Notes: generated by a model from the letters alone, not told the origin. Positions 11,201 to 24,979 are shown, counted from the stretch's first letter. The stretch: DNA of 64,000 nt from Octopus bimaculoides (GCF_001194135.2 NC_068991.1:51540621-51604620); one strand, 5' to 3'. Numbers and translations: made by a program.

Positions 11201-14200
11201 TGTGGTTTGAAGGCACATAAATAAAATTGTTCTTACCTCGACTTACAATCCGGTACTGCCGGCAGATTGATCAATTCTTCATTTGCATTGTCACGACCTC
11301 TCTATCTTCACGACTAGCCTCTGTCACTGCTCACGTCCCCAGGAAAAACAAACGTGGGAAAAAAACTTTGCTTCTCATTTGCTGACTTGATGTCATTTCT
11401 TGTCGCTTCCAGTCTTCCACCATATGCCCCATCTAATCTAAATATCACTGCTCCCCTGTTCTATCTCATTATCATCCATCCACCTGGGGGGATGACGTTC
11501 CCTTAGAGATCTCCATAGGGTCTTGGGGCCGCCTTCTCCCTTCCCTTCGTCATTGGAAGAGCTAATCACTCTTCAATATCTAGGATGTGACAGTATTCCA
11601 TCCACTGATACATTATTTGAAGTATTGATTGCGGTCACCTTTCCTTTTTCCCACTCTGGGGGCTTCACTCACTCTTCACACCAACCTGCACAGATGTAAT
11701 GCATTCCACTTCTCGCTGCTGCAGCGCCATACTTGGGTGTCTCCACTTGTATTGGAATATGGTCCTGTGTGGGACCAACTATTTGGCTTGCTCTACTCTG
11801 GGTGACATGTTATACCAGGAGACTGCTTCCATAGGGGAGATTCATCCCCTCTCAGCTATGGCTTTAATTGTACGGGGGTGTCATTCCATAATCCCATTTC
11901 CACCTGGCCTGTATGCAGCTCTGAAAAAGTGTCTTGTGCTCCATCTTCTAAGCATCTCTCTCAGCTGCTCTGAGCAAAAAAACTGCACTGGTATCCATCA
12001 ATAGTTCGTCTATAGGCCCCCTTTCCAAAAACACTGCATTCAGCACCTATGTAACCTCAGCAGCAGCCTCCACCCTGATTTCTCTCCATATAGCCATTCA
12101 CCCTGGTTCACAGTCAACCATTGAAAGGTACACCTTTCCCCGATAGTGTGTCACATCAATGGCCAGCCTCTTCCATTCTTCCTCTACCTGAATCTTGCCT
12201 GGTTCGTGTGTGTTCAGGGCAGGATCAATCAATTAGCACTTGTTACAGTTCCCCACTATCCTCCAAATGCTTTCCCTGGTGACATCAGGGTCAACCACCC
12301 TAGCCAAAAAAACATTATCCTGTCAATCCTTATATGGTACATACTGTGCAGCCTTATTGGTTCTGTGCCTTCCAGCCGACAAACCACTGCCACCTCACCC
12401 AGAACACCCTCTGTTTCCAACCAATTCTTTTTCACTCTGGTTAGAATGTCCACCTTATTCTTTTACGAGAGCACAAACACCACATGTAGTTCCAGGGCGA
12501 ACTCAGCAGCTAGCTCCCTCAGGATTCCCAGATGATGCTTGATCACCATTTCCATGGCCCCTTTCATGCAAATTCTCTTCCGGTTGGTGATTACTGACTC
12601 CACCCGCCCTAGCACTGTGGCAGAATCAGTCAGGATCTCAACGGTCACAGTCCCCATCTCAATGTTAGGTTGATGCCCTTCAACACAGTATCCAGTTCGG
12701 CTACATTGATGTCGTAATCCTCCTTTCTAAGCCATGCTGCATCTTCCACCTTGACACCTATTTCCAGCATGACTCCCAATGCTATGCTGCTTGCATCACA
12801 CCACATGATCCCTTTCTTTGTATCAGGCACGTACCAGCCACCTCTCACCGGATCCTCTGCTCGCACTCTCTCCAGGACCTCTTGCATCATCACCATCATC
12901 TTCTCTTCCACTTTATCATCCCAGTTCTCCCCTTCTGCTCACCTTTTCAGATGGTTACATGCTGTTCAGAGCCGTCCTGTGACAGGGTAATGGCCCACCA
13001 ACTTCCCACACATTGAGAATAGCTCTCACTTATTCGTATTCTGTTTCAAATCTGGGATCTTGTTTCCTCTGCGATCTTGTTTCCACTTTGTCTCTTTTGA
13101 GCCCAAGCCCCAGCGTTGTACCTCTTTCTATACTCTTAGGCAGTTTTACTGTCAGCCTGAACCTCCTCAGATGGTCTGCGATTTCCTCTGCTGGTACCAC
13201 ATTTTCATCTATTAATATATCATCAGTATATGAGCTGGTAGCCTGCTCCACTTTGGCCTCTTTGCCCAAAACTATCTTGAGGACCTTCGCCATGATCTTT
13301 GGCACTGAACTCAACCCAAAACCTAGTAGAGTCAGGCAGTATGTTCTGCCCCTGTACCTCCCAGTTGGTACTTCCACAACTTCTCTGATACATGGAGCTG
13401 CAGATAGGCCAACTTGAGGTAGACGGTCATAGTTATTCCCCTCATTCACCTCCACTCATGAAGGCTTTCTCCACATACATACATGCGCTGCCTCGCCACC
13501 TATATGATAGGACTTCTCTGAAGTCTAGTACCGTTTGAACCTTATTTTTTGTCAGCTGAACCACAGCCATCACTGGCAGCACACTCCTGTCGTTTCTTCA
13601 CTCCATGGCATCAGAATGCCCTCCTCTATCCATCTGTTCACCTCTGTCTTAAACTCAAACCTGGCTTCTCCTTTCAGGGTATGCTCATTGCAGCTCTCCT
13701 GTTTCTCCATACGGAAGGTTCTCCTTTCAAGAACTACTCCACTGTCCATCTTTTGCCATTAAACTCAGCACGGAAGTCCTTGTCCTCAACAGAAAACTCT
13801 CTCTGGGCCAGTAATTTATCACTCTTACGGTCTTCTTCCTCCGCTTCACACTCGCAGCGTACAGCACACCAGTCACCAAATTCTATTCCTGCCCCGCCAA
13901 CCGTCACACCTCCCAATAGTGTGATCACGCCCGTTCTGACTACTACATTGACGCCGTCCACTATCTCATCAGCTAAAAGCCAGCTTTACCATCCATTCCA
14001 TCGCTGCTCCAGTAAAGCCCTGTCAGGCCCACAAATCTCCTAAATTTTCTCACATAATTATGTATCTGTTCACCAGTCCATCTAACCTTCCTGAGCTTGC
14101 TGTAGGCTTTAAAAGTCCTCTCCGTGTACACATCTTTCAGTCACTGTTCAATTTTTTCAGCTTTCTCTTGGTCTGCCTCAGTCATCTCCAGGTAGAGATT

Positions 14201-14694
14201 TGATGCATTGCCTTCTAAATACAATGGCATAAGACTTGCCGCGTCTTTTATTCCCTGCAGCTTCACCACTAACCTCACCATCTTTATCCAGGCCACCCAT
14301 TCACCTTCCCTGGTGAACGGTCTCAACATATCATTTCCAATTCTGATTTTTGTGGCCATTACAAATGAAGAACAAGAACAACAAAAAATTATGAATTATC
14401 TACTTCTCAGACATATCCTCACAGTTGGCATGTAACAACGTGCCGAAATAACTTGTGGTTTGAAGGTACATATATATAAAATAGCTCTTACCTCGACTTG
14501 CAACTGGGTAGCGCCAGCAGATTTATCAATCCTTCACTTGTGTTGTCACGAAATCTCTATCTTCACAACTAGCCTCTGTTACTGCTTACATCCCTGGTAA
14601 AAAAACAAATGCAGGGAAAAACTTTTCTTCTCACTCACTCACATGACATCATCTCTCGTTGCTTTCAGTCTTCCTTCCACCATATGAATGTCAC
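11201..14694 (-). mobile_element. Ty3/Gypsy LTR retrotransposon, degraded, two LTRs
   Basis: Direct repeats 11201-11447 and 14454-~14694. gag MATKIRIG...PLYLEG; RT FGLSSVPKIM...YTDDIL; RNase H WCDASSIALG...INVAELD...TDSATV; integrase region downstream; polypurine tract AACAGGGGAGCAG abutting the 3' LTR TG. Confidence 0.85.
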
Positions 14695-15622
14695 ATTAAC
14701 TTGTTGTACCCAGTTCAATCTTCTCCTTGGTGTACATCTTAATAAAAACCCCAACCCTAACAACACCTCCCCCCATCATCAAATTTTATAAACATGGTTT
14801 AAGAATATATTCAAATGATTGAGAGCGAGGGATGCACTTCACACTTATAGCCCACACAAACTAGATATTATCATTATTACATGAACTTTTATATGTGGTC
14901 GCTTGGCCTGTTAGAAATAGCAGCTAAATCTCCCTCAAGTCTTGAATAGTGAGGTCAAATGGGATAATGTAGTCTCTCATATTCAAAATGATGGGGATGA
15001 TCAGACGTGGAATGTTTGTGAACATAGGTCTGCTCCATCTAATTGATTTGAAGCTAAATGTTTGGTTATGTTGATATCGGTTTAAAAGATTCTTCCTCAT
15101 AATGTTTAATTGTTTTATGAAAAGTAATTTTCTCGTCAAGTCCTTTTCAGCATTTGTGTACTTAATTTTCTTGAATTAGTTTCAATTTGAAAGCTACTCT
15201 TTCAGTAATAGTTCACATTTCATTTAGTTTTAATGCTTATAATGTTTTCTTTGTTTAAAAGATTTGACAAATTGAAATGCAATGAAACATTTTGGATACA
15301 ATCTTTCTTGTGTGCTTCTACTAAAGGAAAGGGACAGTCTAAACAAAAATGACATGATATGAGAAGAATCTCAAAGAATTATCTAAATAAAATCTATGGA
15401 AAAAATAATAATAATGAAAATTTCCACAATTAATTCTTTTCTTTGTTGAATGAAACTAATGCTAGAAGCAAAATATTTTTTATTTGATGTAGCTGTAAAA
15501 TATAATAAGTTATTATTTTTGGTATTATATATGAAATAGTCTTCATTATTTGAAGATTGGTAAACAGTTTTGGTGATGATATTATTTTGTTAATTATTTT
15601 TCCTTTCTTTTTTTTTTCACAG

Positions 15623-15758
15623 AATAAAATTTTTTATTTATTTGATCCCAAATTGCTGGATGACATCAACACTTGTAACTTTGTTGGGAAAATCACACTG
15701 GAAAGTTTAGGAAGCCATTTTAAAGTGAGGCCATTATGTTTATCTGATTATGAAAAGG
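15623..15758 (+). CDS. GNPNAT1: GNPNAT1 exon 2 (NKIFYLFDPKLLDDINTCNFVGKITLESLGSHFKVRPLCLSDYEKG)
   Basis: Poly-T...CACAG acceptor, GTAAGC donor; FDP.LL and VRPLC..D..+G match GNA1/GNPNAT1. Confidence 0.93.
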
Positions 15759-16859
15759 GTAAGCTTTTGATAATTTTATTTCACATCAAAATAGACACCT
15801 GTTGTATAAAATTGATAATGCTTTAGATAAGTCATTTTAAGTTTCATTTCTTAATTAATATTTTAGTGACAGAGGAATTAGATTCCTGGTAAACAGGCAC
15901 CAAACTTGTTTTTCCCTTAAAAGCATAATTTCACATAAGACAATACCTACAACTTGAAATGGTATTTTCATTCCATACAAAATTATTATTGTATGAAATC
16001 CAAGAGTACTAATATGATGTATTGTTATAAACCAAGCTCTTATTTTACTTTCTTATTTAGAGCATATTTACATCAGAAATATTTTTGTCATTTCTTCAGT
16101 ATTTATCATTGAACTGGGAATGGTTTGGATTGATTGTAGAATTCTTTCTCTCCTGAATATATATTGTGGTTGCCATTGTTGAAAGAGTTAATGTATTTGA
16201 AGTGAGAGGGTCCAAATTAGTTTTTATTCCAATACAGGCTTTATTCTGTTCTCTCATGCAAGACATTTCCCACTGCTGTAATATATCTAATGGGAAGATA
16301 TTCTAGAATGAAACAATTCAGTTGTTTATCACTGAAAGAAGAGAACAATTGATAAGCTGTAACTTGGCTTATAATCTTAAATTAAAATCTTACAAATGTC
16401 TAATGAGCAGCAGCTGCACTAAAATGAAAAGTTCTTAGGGATACATTATGATATAGCCATTGAAATAGTTTCTTTTCTTTTGTTCATTATGGAATGAATA
16501 TATAAATATTTCAGCTAAAGATAAAAATATTTATAAATTTCTAAGTCAGCAAGCTGGCTGAATCATTACCACACCTGAAAAAGTGCATAGCAGCATTTCT
16601 TCCAACTTTTCGTTCTGAGTTTAAATACTGCCGGGGTCAACTTTGCCTTTCATCCTTTAAACATTTATAAATTTCTATTTTAGATTCAAACTCTCTCTCT
16701 CTCTCTCTCTCAAAACAATCAGCTAGAGCAATCTCATAAAGCCATTGTTTCACCTTTAATACAACAGAGCATGGCTACAGATATACTTCAACAAATCTTT
16801 TTAATCTATAAAATAATGAAAAATATAGACATTAATACATTAAACCCCAGTGTTTAGTT

Positions 16860-18065
16860 GTCATGAAACGTTTCATGATTATTGTCATTTAATGTCCATT
16901 GTCCATGCTGGCATGGGTTGGACGGTTTGATTAGGCTGGCACACAGGAAGGCTGCACCAAACTCCAGTCTGATTTGGCATGGTTTTCTACAGCTGGATGC
17001 CCTTCCTAACAATAACCACTCTGAAAGTGTAATGGGTGCTTTTATGTGCCATTTGCATGGCATGCTTTTACATGCCAAAAAGCACAAGTGTCAATTTGCA
17101 TGACACCAGTATCTGCCACAACTGCAATTTTACTCAGTTTAATGGGTCTTCTTCTCAAGCATGAAATAATGCCAAAAGTCTCCATGAGGCCCAACACTTG
17201 AAAGGTGTTCTTTACTTGCTGTCAGCACAGGTGCACTTGGCTTGACAGGTCATCTCAAGCACTGCACATCGCCAAAGGTCTTGGTCACTAGTCATTGCTT
17301 CTGTGAGGCTCAAAGTTTGAAGATCATGCTTCACCTTGTTCCGTGTCTTCCTGGGTCTACTTTTACCACAGGGTCCCTCAATGGTTAGAGATCAGCACTT
17401 CTTGACACAGCTGTCCTCATCCATGCACATCACATCACAATACCAGCACAGTCATCTCTCTTGCACTCTACACCTAATGCTTCTTATGCCTAACATTTCT
17501 TGCAAGATGCTTACATCCTGTCGAACATGCACGCTGATATTGCACATGTACTTGGCTGTCACAGCCCATGTTTCACTGTCATGCAGCATAGCTGTTTGCA
17601 CACAGGCATCAAACAATCTGCTTTTCATTCTGAGAGAGAGGCTCTTTATTGCAGCTGGGATTGGAGCTCTCTGAACTTTACCCATCCTAATCTTATTCTC
17701 ACAGCCATGATCTCGGAGCATCCACCTCCACTACTAACTTACTCTCCTAGATAATGGAAGCTATCTACTACCTCTAGCTTGCCTCTCTGGCAGTTGATAG
17801 AGTCTATTTTCTGCCCATTTTCAGCATTTATTGTACCTGTGCATCTGCCACGTACAAAAGCTAGTTTCCCTGTTAACCTTCCTCTGATATTACTGCACCT
17901 TTTATGTGTCCAAAGCTTACACTGGGTGCATCTTATGGAGTTTCTACCTCCAGTTTTTCTACAGATCGAGCAGGGTCATCTACCCAAAGGGATTTGTGAT
18001 TTGTCTGCCTACTAAGTCTTTGGTTTTTGCTAGGTTAATTCTAAGGTCCTTTGATTCTAGACCTT
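16860..18065 (-). mobile_element. RTE LINE, 5'-truncated, with 3' UTR
   Basis: RLFDACVQTAMLHDSETWAVTA motif; tail identical in type to 24664-24979. Confidence 0.85.
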
Positions 18066-18589
18066 GCTTCCATACCTGGAATTTCTATAGTTCAGGTTCA
18101 GGTATTATGTTTAAAAATCCAAAATACTAAGAAATAGAATAAAAATCATTGGTTGTTTTGGGGAAGGGGTGTTTACCTCATAATACTTTAAAATGTAAGG
18201 AAAGGAATTAATGGAAATTTTCTTTAAGATTCTTTTCCATGAATATTGTTTTGTGATTATCATTTAGTGGTATGATAACATAAAGCAGTAGAACCTGTGA
18301 AACCATTTCTCTTTTCATTTCAGCTTTCAAACTGAATTTAATTTTGTCTTCTCTCTTATTTCAGTTTCAATTTGGATTCACTTTTAGTCTTATTTTAAAG
18401 GTAAAACAAACCATAATATGCATGCATTTAGTCTTTCAAGCTTTCTCTCAACCAATATCTTTTGAATTTGTAGGCTCCTTCTTTTCCTTCTTTGTTGTCC
18501 CTTGCGCTGCAGCAACCTGAAGCCTTGTTTGAGACAAAAATCATTAAGAAAATGGTACATGAATAATAATCTCATTGAATTTTTAGCTC

Positions 18590-19380
18590 AAAGATGGAAC
18601 CAACAAACTAGTTTACTATGTTTCAAAGTTGAGAATGATGAGTCGGCCATTGAACACTTACATTCCATCTACTAAAATTGTTCTGATTGTTGAAATCTAT
18701 TCCATATATTCTTGAAATCTATTCCATATATTTATAGGTGATTGCATTGTGGTGTCATCAGTGCAGATGTAGGGTTTTACATTCACAAGTTTTGATAAGT
18801 ACAGGAGTGTGTCAAGTATTGTACCTTGTGGGATTGTGCATTGATGGCTGACAGATCAGTGAATGGACTCAAAAGGGTGACTTCGATCAATCTCATGTCA
18901 AAATAACTTTGTTACCTTTTAAGTTCATTGTAGCACAGAATCTCTTGTATGAGATTCCTTTGATGTCCTGGATTTGTCACATATCTTCACCCATATCTTC
19001 CTGACCCATATCTTAGTTCCACATCTGAGAAAACCTGCTGTGCTGTGCTTTAATTGGATATCAAATTGCTTTCAAGGATTGAATTGGTTTTTCAGCTGAT
19101 AGGCTTGCAATTGGTTATTGACTGTTGATTCCATTACGTCGCTAATAATAATTAGTACAAGACTATTGAAGGCAAAGGAACATCATTTCTGTGACTGTTT
19201 TACATTGGTCTGAAAATGTGCTGCAAGTAAAGTATCATGCAAGGGGCTAGTTAATTCCTCACAACTTTCCTCCGAGAATTTCATCAGAACTGATTGCTTT
19301 GTCAGGTTTAATTTCCTATATTGGTAATATTTTTGCTTTGAGATCTGGTGGGAGTAGTAGAGGTGGTCTAACATGTCCAG
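18590..19380 (-). mobile_element. Old LINE RT remnant (CR1/L2/Jockey-like)
   Basis: Minus-strand translation PQGTILDTLLY...ICTDDTT resembles PQGS.LGPLLF...Y.DD. Confidence 0.5.
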
Positions 19381-19639
19381 AAGTAAAAATAAATTGTAGA
19401 GCTATAGTTTGGTATACATAGGTTGGTGTGTGTGTTAGTTTATTTGATATACTGTTGTGTGTTAATAAACATACAAAATATCCAGTAAAGTAGAATATAG
19501 GCTAATCACCTGCATAATTAACCAGGTTATTCAGGAAGGCGTAATACTTGATACATTATTGTTAGCAGCTACTAGGGTAAGTGAGATGCCTAAGATAGAA
19601 GCAATTATAGAGGCATCAAACTCCTGGACCAGGTAATGA

Positions 19640-20200
19640 AAATTATGGAGAGAGTTGTAGCCCAATTAATTAGGAGCAAAATTAAGCTAGATGAAATTCA
19701 GTTTGACTTTGCCCCAGGTAGAAGCACTATGGATGCTATTGTCATAATCAGGCAACTGTAAGAGAAATACCTAGCTAAGAATAAACCATTATACTTGGCA
19801 TTTGTTGATCTAGAGAAAGCCTTTGGTAGATACCCTGCTGTGTGATATGGTGGGCTCTGAGAAGACTAGTGGTAAACAAGTGGCTTGTGAAAGCTGTACA
19901 GGCTATGTACAAAGATTCTGTCAGTAAGGTGAGAGTTAACCATGAATACAATAAAGAATTTGGTGTACAGGTAGGCATTCATCAAGGTTCTATCCTCAGT
20001 CCCCTCCTGTTCATCATTGTCCTCCAGACAATAACAGAAGAATTCAAAACCAGGAGCCCCTGAGAACTCTTATATATTGAGGATGTTGCCCTTATAGCAG
20101 ATTCTGTATCAGAGCTAGAAAAGAAATTCCAGGTGTGAAAGCAAAACCTGAAATCTAAGGGCCTTTAGGTTAACTCAGCAATGACTAAGGCCTTAGTAAG
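19640..20200 (+). mobile_element. RTE LINE RT core fragment
   Basis: LYLAFVDLEKAF...IWWALRRL...GIHQGSILSPLLFIIVLQ. Confidence 0.9.
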
Positions 20201-20519
20201 CAAGAAAATAAACAGTACCCTACTCACTTCAGATAAGTGACCCTGCTCCCTGTGACTTTTTTCTGATCCTCTGAATGAAAAAAGTTCTTAAAGGAAACTG
20301 TTTTGCAGATGCGGAAGAGGTGAAGGAAAAAAAAACAAAAAACGACAGAGGCATTAAAAGGCATCATTTTGCAGCAGTTCCAGGATTGCTTCAAATGAAA
20401 AATACTTTGAGGGCAATAAAAGTGTAAACATGTAAATGCAAGTGAATAAAATAATATTGCAAATTTCCAGTTTCTTTTGGGTATCCCCTCGTATTCAGAG
20501 ACAAATTAAGCATAAGAGA

Positions 20520-21010
20520 AATGTATTGTGCACGAGAAAAGACTGCGCTGATTTGGTCATGTGATGTGGATGGTTACCAACAACTCCATAAAGAAGTGCC
20601 GGTCTCTCGAAGTGAATGGAACATGTGGAAGAGGGAGACTCAGAAAGATAGGGGACAAAGTATTGAAGGACGACCTCCAGATACTGAACCTCTCAGTCGA
20701 GATGACAGAGGACCGAGATACCTGGCAGCTTGCTTGTACTCAAGAGAACCTCTTCTACAGCAGAAGTGTTAAGGCCACATCCCCTGGTGAAGAGAATTGA
20801 CCTGCACGAGTTCAGTGCTAGTGCTGCATAAGAATACTCAAGCAGTGCCACCTTAGAAGCACCCAGCACACACTGTAAAGTGCTTGGCATTACAAAGGGC
20901 ATCCAGCTGTAGAAATCGAGCCATATCAGACTAGAACTTTATGCAGCTCTCTAGTTTACCTGCTCTTGTCAAACTTTCTGGCCCATGCCAACTTGGAAAA
21001 CACATTAAAG
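20520..21010 (+). mobile_element. RTE LINE C-terminus and tail
   Basis: KKCRSLEVNGTCGRGRLRK; followed by the AAGGGCATCCAGCTGTAGAAA tail motif. Confidence 0.8.
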
Positions 21011-21193
21011 GAAGAAGAGGAGGTGGAGATATCTGTGTGTTTCATGTGTATGCAAGTTTATATGCTTTGTATTTATGAGTGATAATGGTAGTCTCTTATT
21101 TCTTTGAGTTATTAAAATAAGACATGAAGAATCATTAAATTGTGATTTGACTCATACTATCCCCAAAATAAGTAAAGTGACTGGACTAAAATG

Positions 21194-21230
<37 letters not shown>

Positions 21231-21619
21231 GTCTGTTTAAAAAACATACAAACTATAAAATAAATAGATAAATAAATATATAATTAAAAGTTTAACTACT
21301 GACATATTTCACAGAATCCACACCGTATATGAACATATGTATACATACATACAGACATGCGGACACATATTCTTTCTCACACACTCACAGAATTCACTCC
21401 GCATTCACACAGACTCTCTCTCATTCATATCCTTATAAAAATACATACAAAGAAGCTTTAAACCAAGAGACAGACCTGAAGGAGACCTGGAGTAGGGAGG
21501 GCATGTTATTGATGCTGTCATAAATGGTGTTAAAACAATTTTAACAAACCTAGCTGATTGATTGATTGATTTTGATTCTTTTAACAATCAGATACACTCA
21601 GTTAGGTAACCCAGCTAGG

Positions 21620-22270
21620 GTTGATCAAGTTTCAGCTTAAGTCCAGTTATCTCCACTCCACCTATGGCTCACACCTGATCCACAGCCACCTTGAAGCAAG
21701 CCTTTCTGTCTCCGTAGTCAACTTGATGGTCTTCTACCTATTGTCCCCTGTTGATGCTCTTCATGTTGTAGGCTCTGTGGAGAGACTCGCCTGTGAACTC
21801 TCTGCATCCCTCCTTCACAGAGTTACATTTTACTTGGCACCCGTTGTTTTGACATAACTTCTCCAGCTCAACATATTTTGATCTCTTTTCTCTTTTATCT
21901 TCTCATTTTGGTTTTCTCAGGGAGTGGTGAGTTCTCATGTTTGACCTTTTATGCTGTCGAGGCAGCAGTTTCTGGCAACCTAGCTACATTCCCGGGTAGA
22001 CTTTCAATTCTTAGTCTTGTGCCATTGCCTGTAAACTTAGTAGTTTGAGGGGAAATCCTGGCAATTGGTATCATATTCACATCAGCTTTGACAAAAGCAA
22101 TAGTTTTCTTCATTGGGTACTGGATCTGGTCTTGGTACTGAGTTTTTTGACAACAGTTGAGGATGTACTCCAGAGACCTTCTCCTTATTATGCACAGAGT
22201 GAAATCTGATAAATCCACCTTTACCCGGCAGAACAAGTTGGATGGACTCACTAGAATGATGTAGTCTACT
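21620..22270 (-). mobile_element. Restriction-like-endonuclease LINE remnant (HERO/NeSL-like)
   Basis: Frameshifted SLEYILNCC (CCHC knuckle remnant), ELTTP.E and K.SKYVELEKLCQNNGCQV...GCR resemble the RLE motifs ELT.PWE...K..KY.EL...C...GW...GCRG. Confidence 0.6.
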
Positions 22271-22297
22271 TAAATCAATAATTCTTATTTCTTTACT

Positions 22298-22518
22298 GCC
22301 CACACGGGGCTACACACAGAGGGGACAAACAAGGACAGACAAATGGATTAAGTCGGTTATATCGACCCCAGTACGTAACTAGTACTTATTTAATCGACCC
22401 CGAAAGGATGAAAGGCAAAGTCGACCTCGGCGGAATTTGAACTCAGAACGTAGTGGCAGACGAAATACCACTAAGCATTTCGCCTGGCATGCTAACGTTT
22501 CTGCCAGCTCGCCACCTT
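22298..22518 (-). mobile_element. SINE family B, well preserved
   Basis: Reverse complement reads GGTGGCGAGCTGGCAGAAACGTTAGC...GAGTTCAAATTCC. Confidence 0.85.
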
Positions 22519-23711
22519 AGATCAATAATTAAATCAATAATCAATAATCCTGTCTAGTGGGGCTCTACTCTTTAAAGCTCAGACTATGACATTTTGCATG
22601 CCAACACTGGTGTCTCATCCTAACTCTCTTGCTTGCTTACTCCTCAATTAATACTCACACTTCATTGCAGATCAGTAATCACCTGTTCTTTTCTTACAAC
22701 TTGTCACAGTGAGGTGTAGTGTTGCTACCCAGGTCAGCCTTTCCACATGGTACTACATCCACCAGCAATCTATGCTTTAGATGTGATTCTCTTCATCTGT
22801 TTTTCATTTCCATTTTGTCCTGACTTCAGTATCAACCCAACAGACTTCTACATTGCAGAACTCTTAACATTGCAGTACTTTTCCAACATGGATAACTACA
22901 AATTCTTTTTTCAGGTTACTGATGGGGAAATTTGAGTTATTATTCTGCTCAGTCCTTGTCATTTCTATAAGAATCTGCTGACCTCCTCCCCAAAGCCCCC
23001 AATTGTCATTATCTAAACCTCATATACTAATGGTGACCAAAGAATCCATGAATCTGGGAGGATGTCATGTTTGTAAATCCAAGTCTTAAGCATGCCTAGT
23101 TAAGCTTCCAGTTTTTGACTATGGATGCTGTACCTTTCAGGCTACCATCAAACACCTTTCACAGACTCTTCTCTGGTTTCTTGGTGGTACTATCTGTATG
23201 ATACCAATCAAGATGAACTTGCTGCTAACCCTGCTTTCTTCATAACAAGGAATCTGGACTTGACTAGTTTGAAACTCATACAAGCCCAAATCCTTAGCTC
23301 CTCAAGTCTCAGCAGGTAAGGGTGGATGTGGAAGAGAGGCACATTAACCCCTTGTACTTAACCCTTAAACTCCCAACCTGAGCTGATGGATTTTACTGGG
23401 TCTTTTACTCATAATGTGGCGAGGTTTCACTACTTTCTTCTCCAGCGCAAACTTCTCAGCTGCTTGACTGAAAATGATGTTGGTTGTTGTCTGGGCCTTC
23501 CTGACTCCTGCACCTCACCAGAGTTGGTTGTGAACCATCCAACAATCTCAAATACTAATCACTATCTTCCTCATTATTCTTCCTTCTCTTTTCAAATTTT
23601 CAAAATTTGTTCATTTGACTTTATTTATTTTTCCCTTTTTTTTTTCACAATCAGCCATTCCTTATTCTAAATATCAGTAAGTTTTACATATTTTTGTTGC
23701 ATCTCAGGAGG

Positions 23712-23990
23712 GCCATTGTGCCAATAATAAACACACACTGGTTCTACTTCACAACTTTAATATTGGTCAATTCATTAACTATTTAACCAAGTAACTAATC
23801 AATTGAGAGAGCATTTCATTGAAGAGGTTTGCAAATTGCAATGAAAGGACTTTGACAAACATAACTGATTGATTGATTAACTGAATAATCAAATAATCAA
23901 GTAGTTGATTGGTTAACTATTTAACCAGTTGACTAATATTAATAAAGAAGTGAAACAGTACCGTTGTGTGTTTATTATTGGCATAGTGAC
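23712..23990. mobile_element. MITE with ~60-bp TIRs
   Basis: CATTGTGCCAATAATAAACACAC... versus ...GTGTGTTTATTATTGGCATAGTG. Confidence 0.65.
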
Positions 23991-24004
23991 ACTCTCATTG
24001 AAAG

Positions 24005-24218
24005 TGCATGGATTTGTAATTAGAGTGTTTGGCTCACGATTGTAAGATCATGAGTTCAATTCCTGATGGAACATTGTATCCTTGAGCAAGACACTTTATT
24101 TCACATTGCTCTAGTCAGCTCTACTGATAAAATGAATTTTACCTGTAATTCAAAGGCCCATCCTTGTCACTTTCAGTGTATCACACATCTCCCTGAGAAC
24201 TTTGTTAAGGGTACACAT
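24005..24218 (+). mobile_element. SINE family C variant, interrupted by RTE insertion
   Basis: GAGTTCAATTCC B box; GTAATTCAAAGG.CCA.CCTTGTCAC and AAGGGTACACATG shared with family C. Confidence 0.65.
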
Positions 24219-24979
24219 GGCAGTGAAACATGGGCTGTAACTGCTGAGGACATACGTAAGCTCGCAAGGAATGAAGCCAGTATGCTCCGTTGGATGTGTA
24301 ATGTCAATGTGAATACCCGTCAGAGTGTAAGTATCTTGAGAGAAAAGCTGAACATTAGAAGCATCAGTTGTGGTGTGCAAGAGAGACGATTGCGCTGGTA
24401 TGGACATGTGGTGAGAATGGATGAGGATAGCTGCGTGAAAAAGTGCCACACCCTAACAGTTGAAGGAACCCGTGGAAGAGGTAGGCCCAGGAAGACCTGG
24501 GCTGAGGTGGTGAGGCAAGACCTTCGTACATTGGGCCTCNNNNNNNNNNNNNNNNNNNNNNNNNNNNNNNNNNNNNNNNNNNNNNNNNNNNNNNNNNNNN
24601 NNNNNNNNNNNNNNNNNNNNNNNNNNNNNNNNNNNNNNNNNNNNNNNNNNNNNNNNNNNNNNNTTTGAGCGTGGCCGTTGCCAGTACCGCCTGACTGGCT
24701 CCCGTAGGATTTTCGAGTGAGATCGTTGCCAGTGCCCCTGGACTGGCTTGTGCGGGTGGCACATAAAAGACACCATTTCGAGCGTGGCCGTTTTCGTGCG
24801 GGTGACACGTAAAAGCACCCACTACACTCTCTGAGTGGTTGGCGTTAGGAAGGGCATCCAGCTGTAGAAACTCTGCCAAATTAGATTGGAGCCTGGTGTT
24901 GCCATCCGGTTTCACCAGTCCTCAGTCAAATCGTCCAACCCATGCTAGCATGGAAAGCGGACGTTAAACGATGATGATG
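24212..24979 (+). mobile_element. Young 5'-truncated RTE LINE (contains gap 24540-24663)
   Basis: Open frame HGSETWAVTAEDIRKLARNEASMLRWMC...RRLRWYGHV...RGRGRPRKTW; 3' UTR ends in (GAT)n. Confidence 0.92.
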
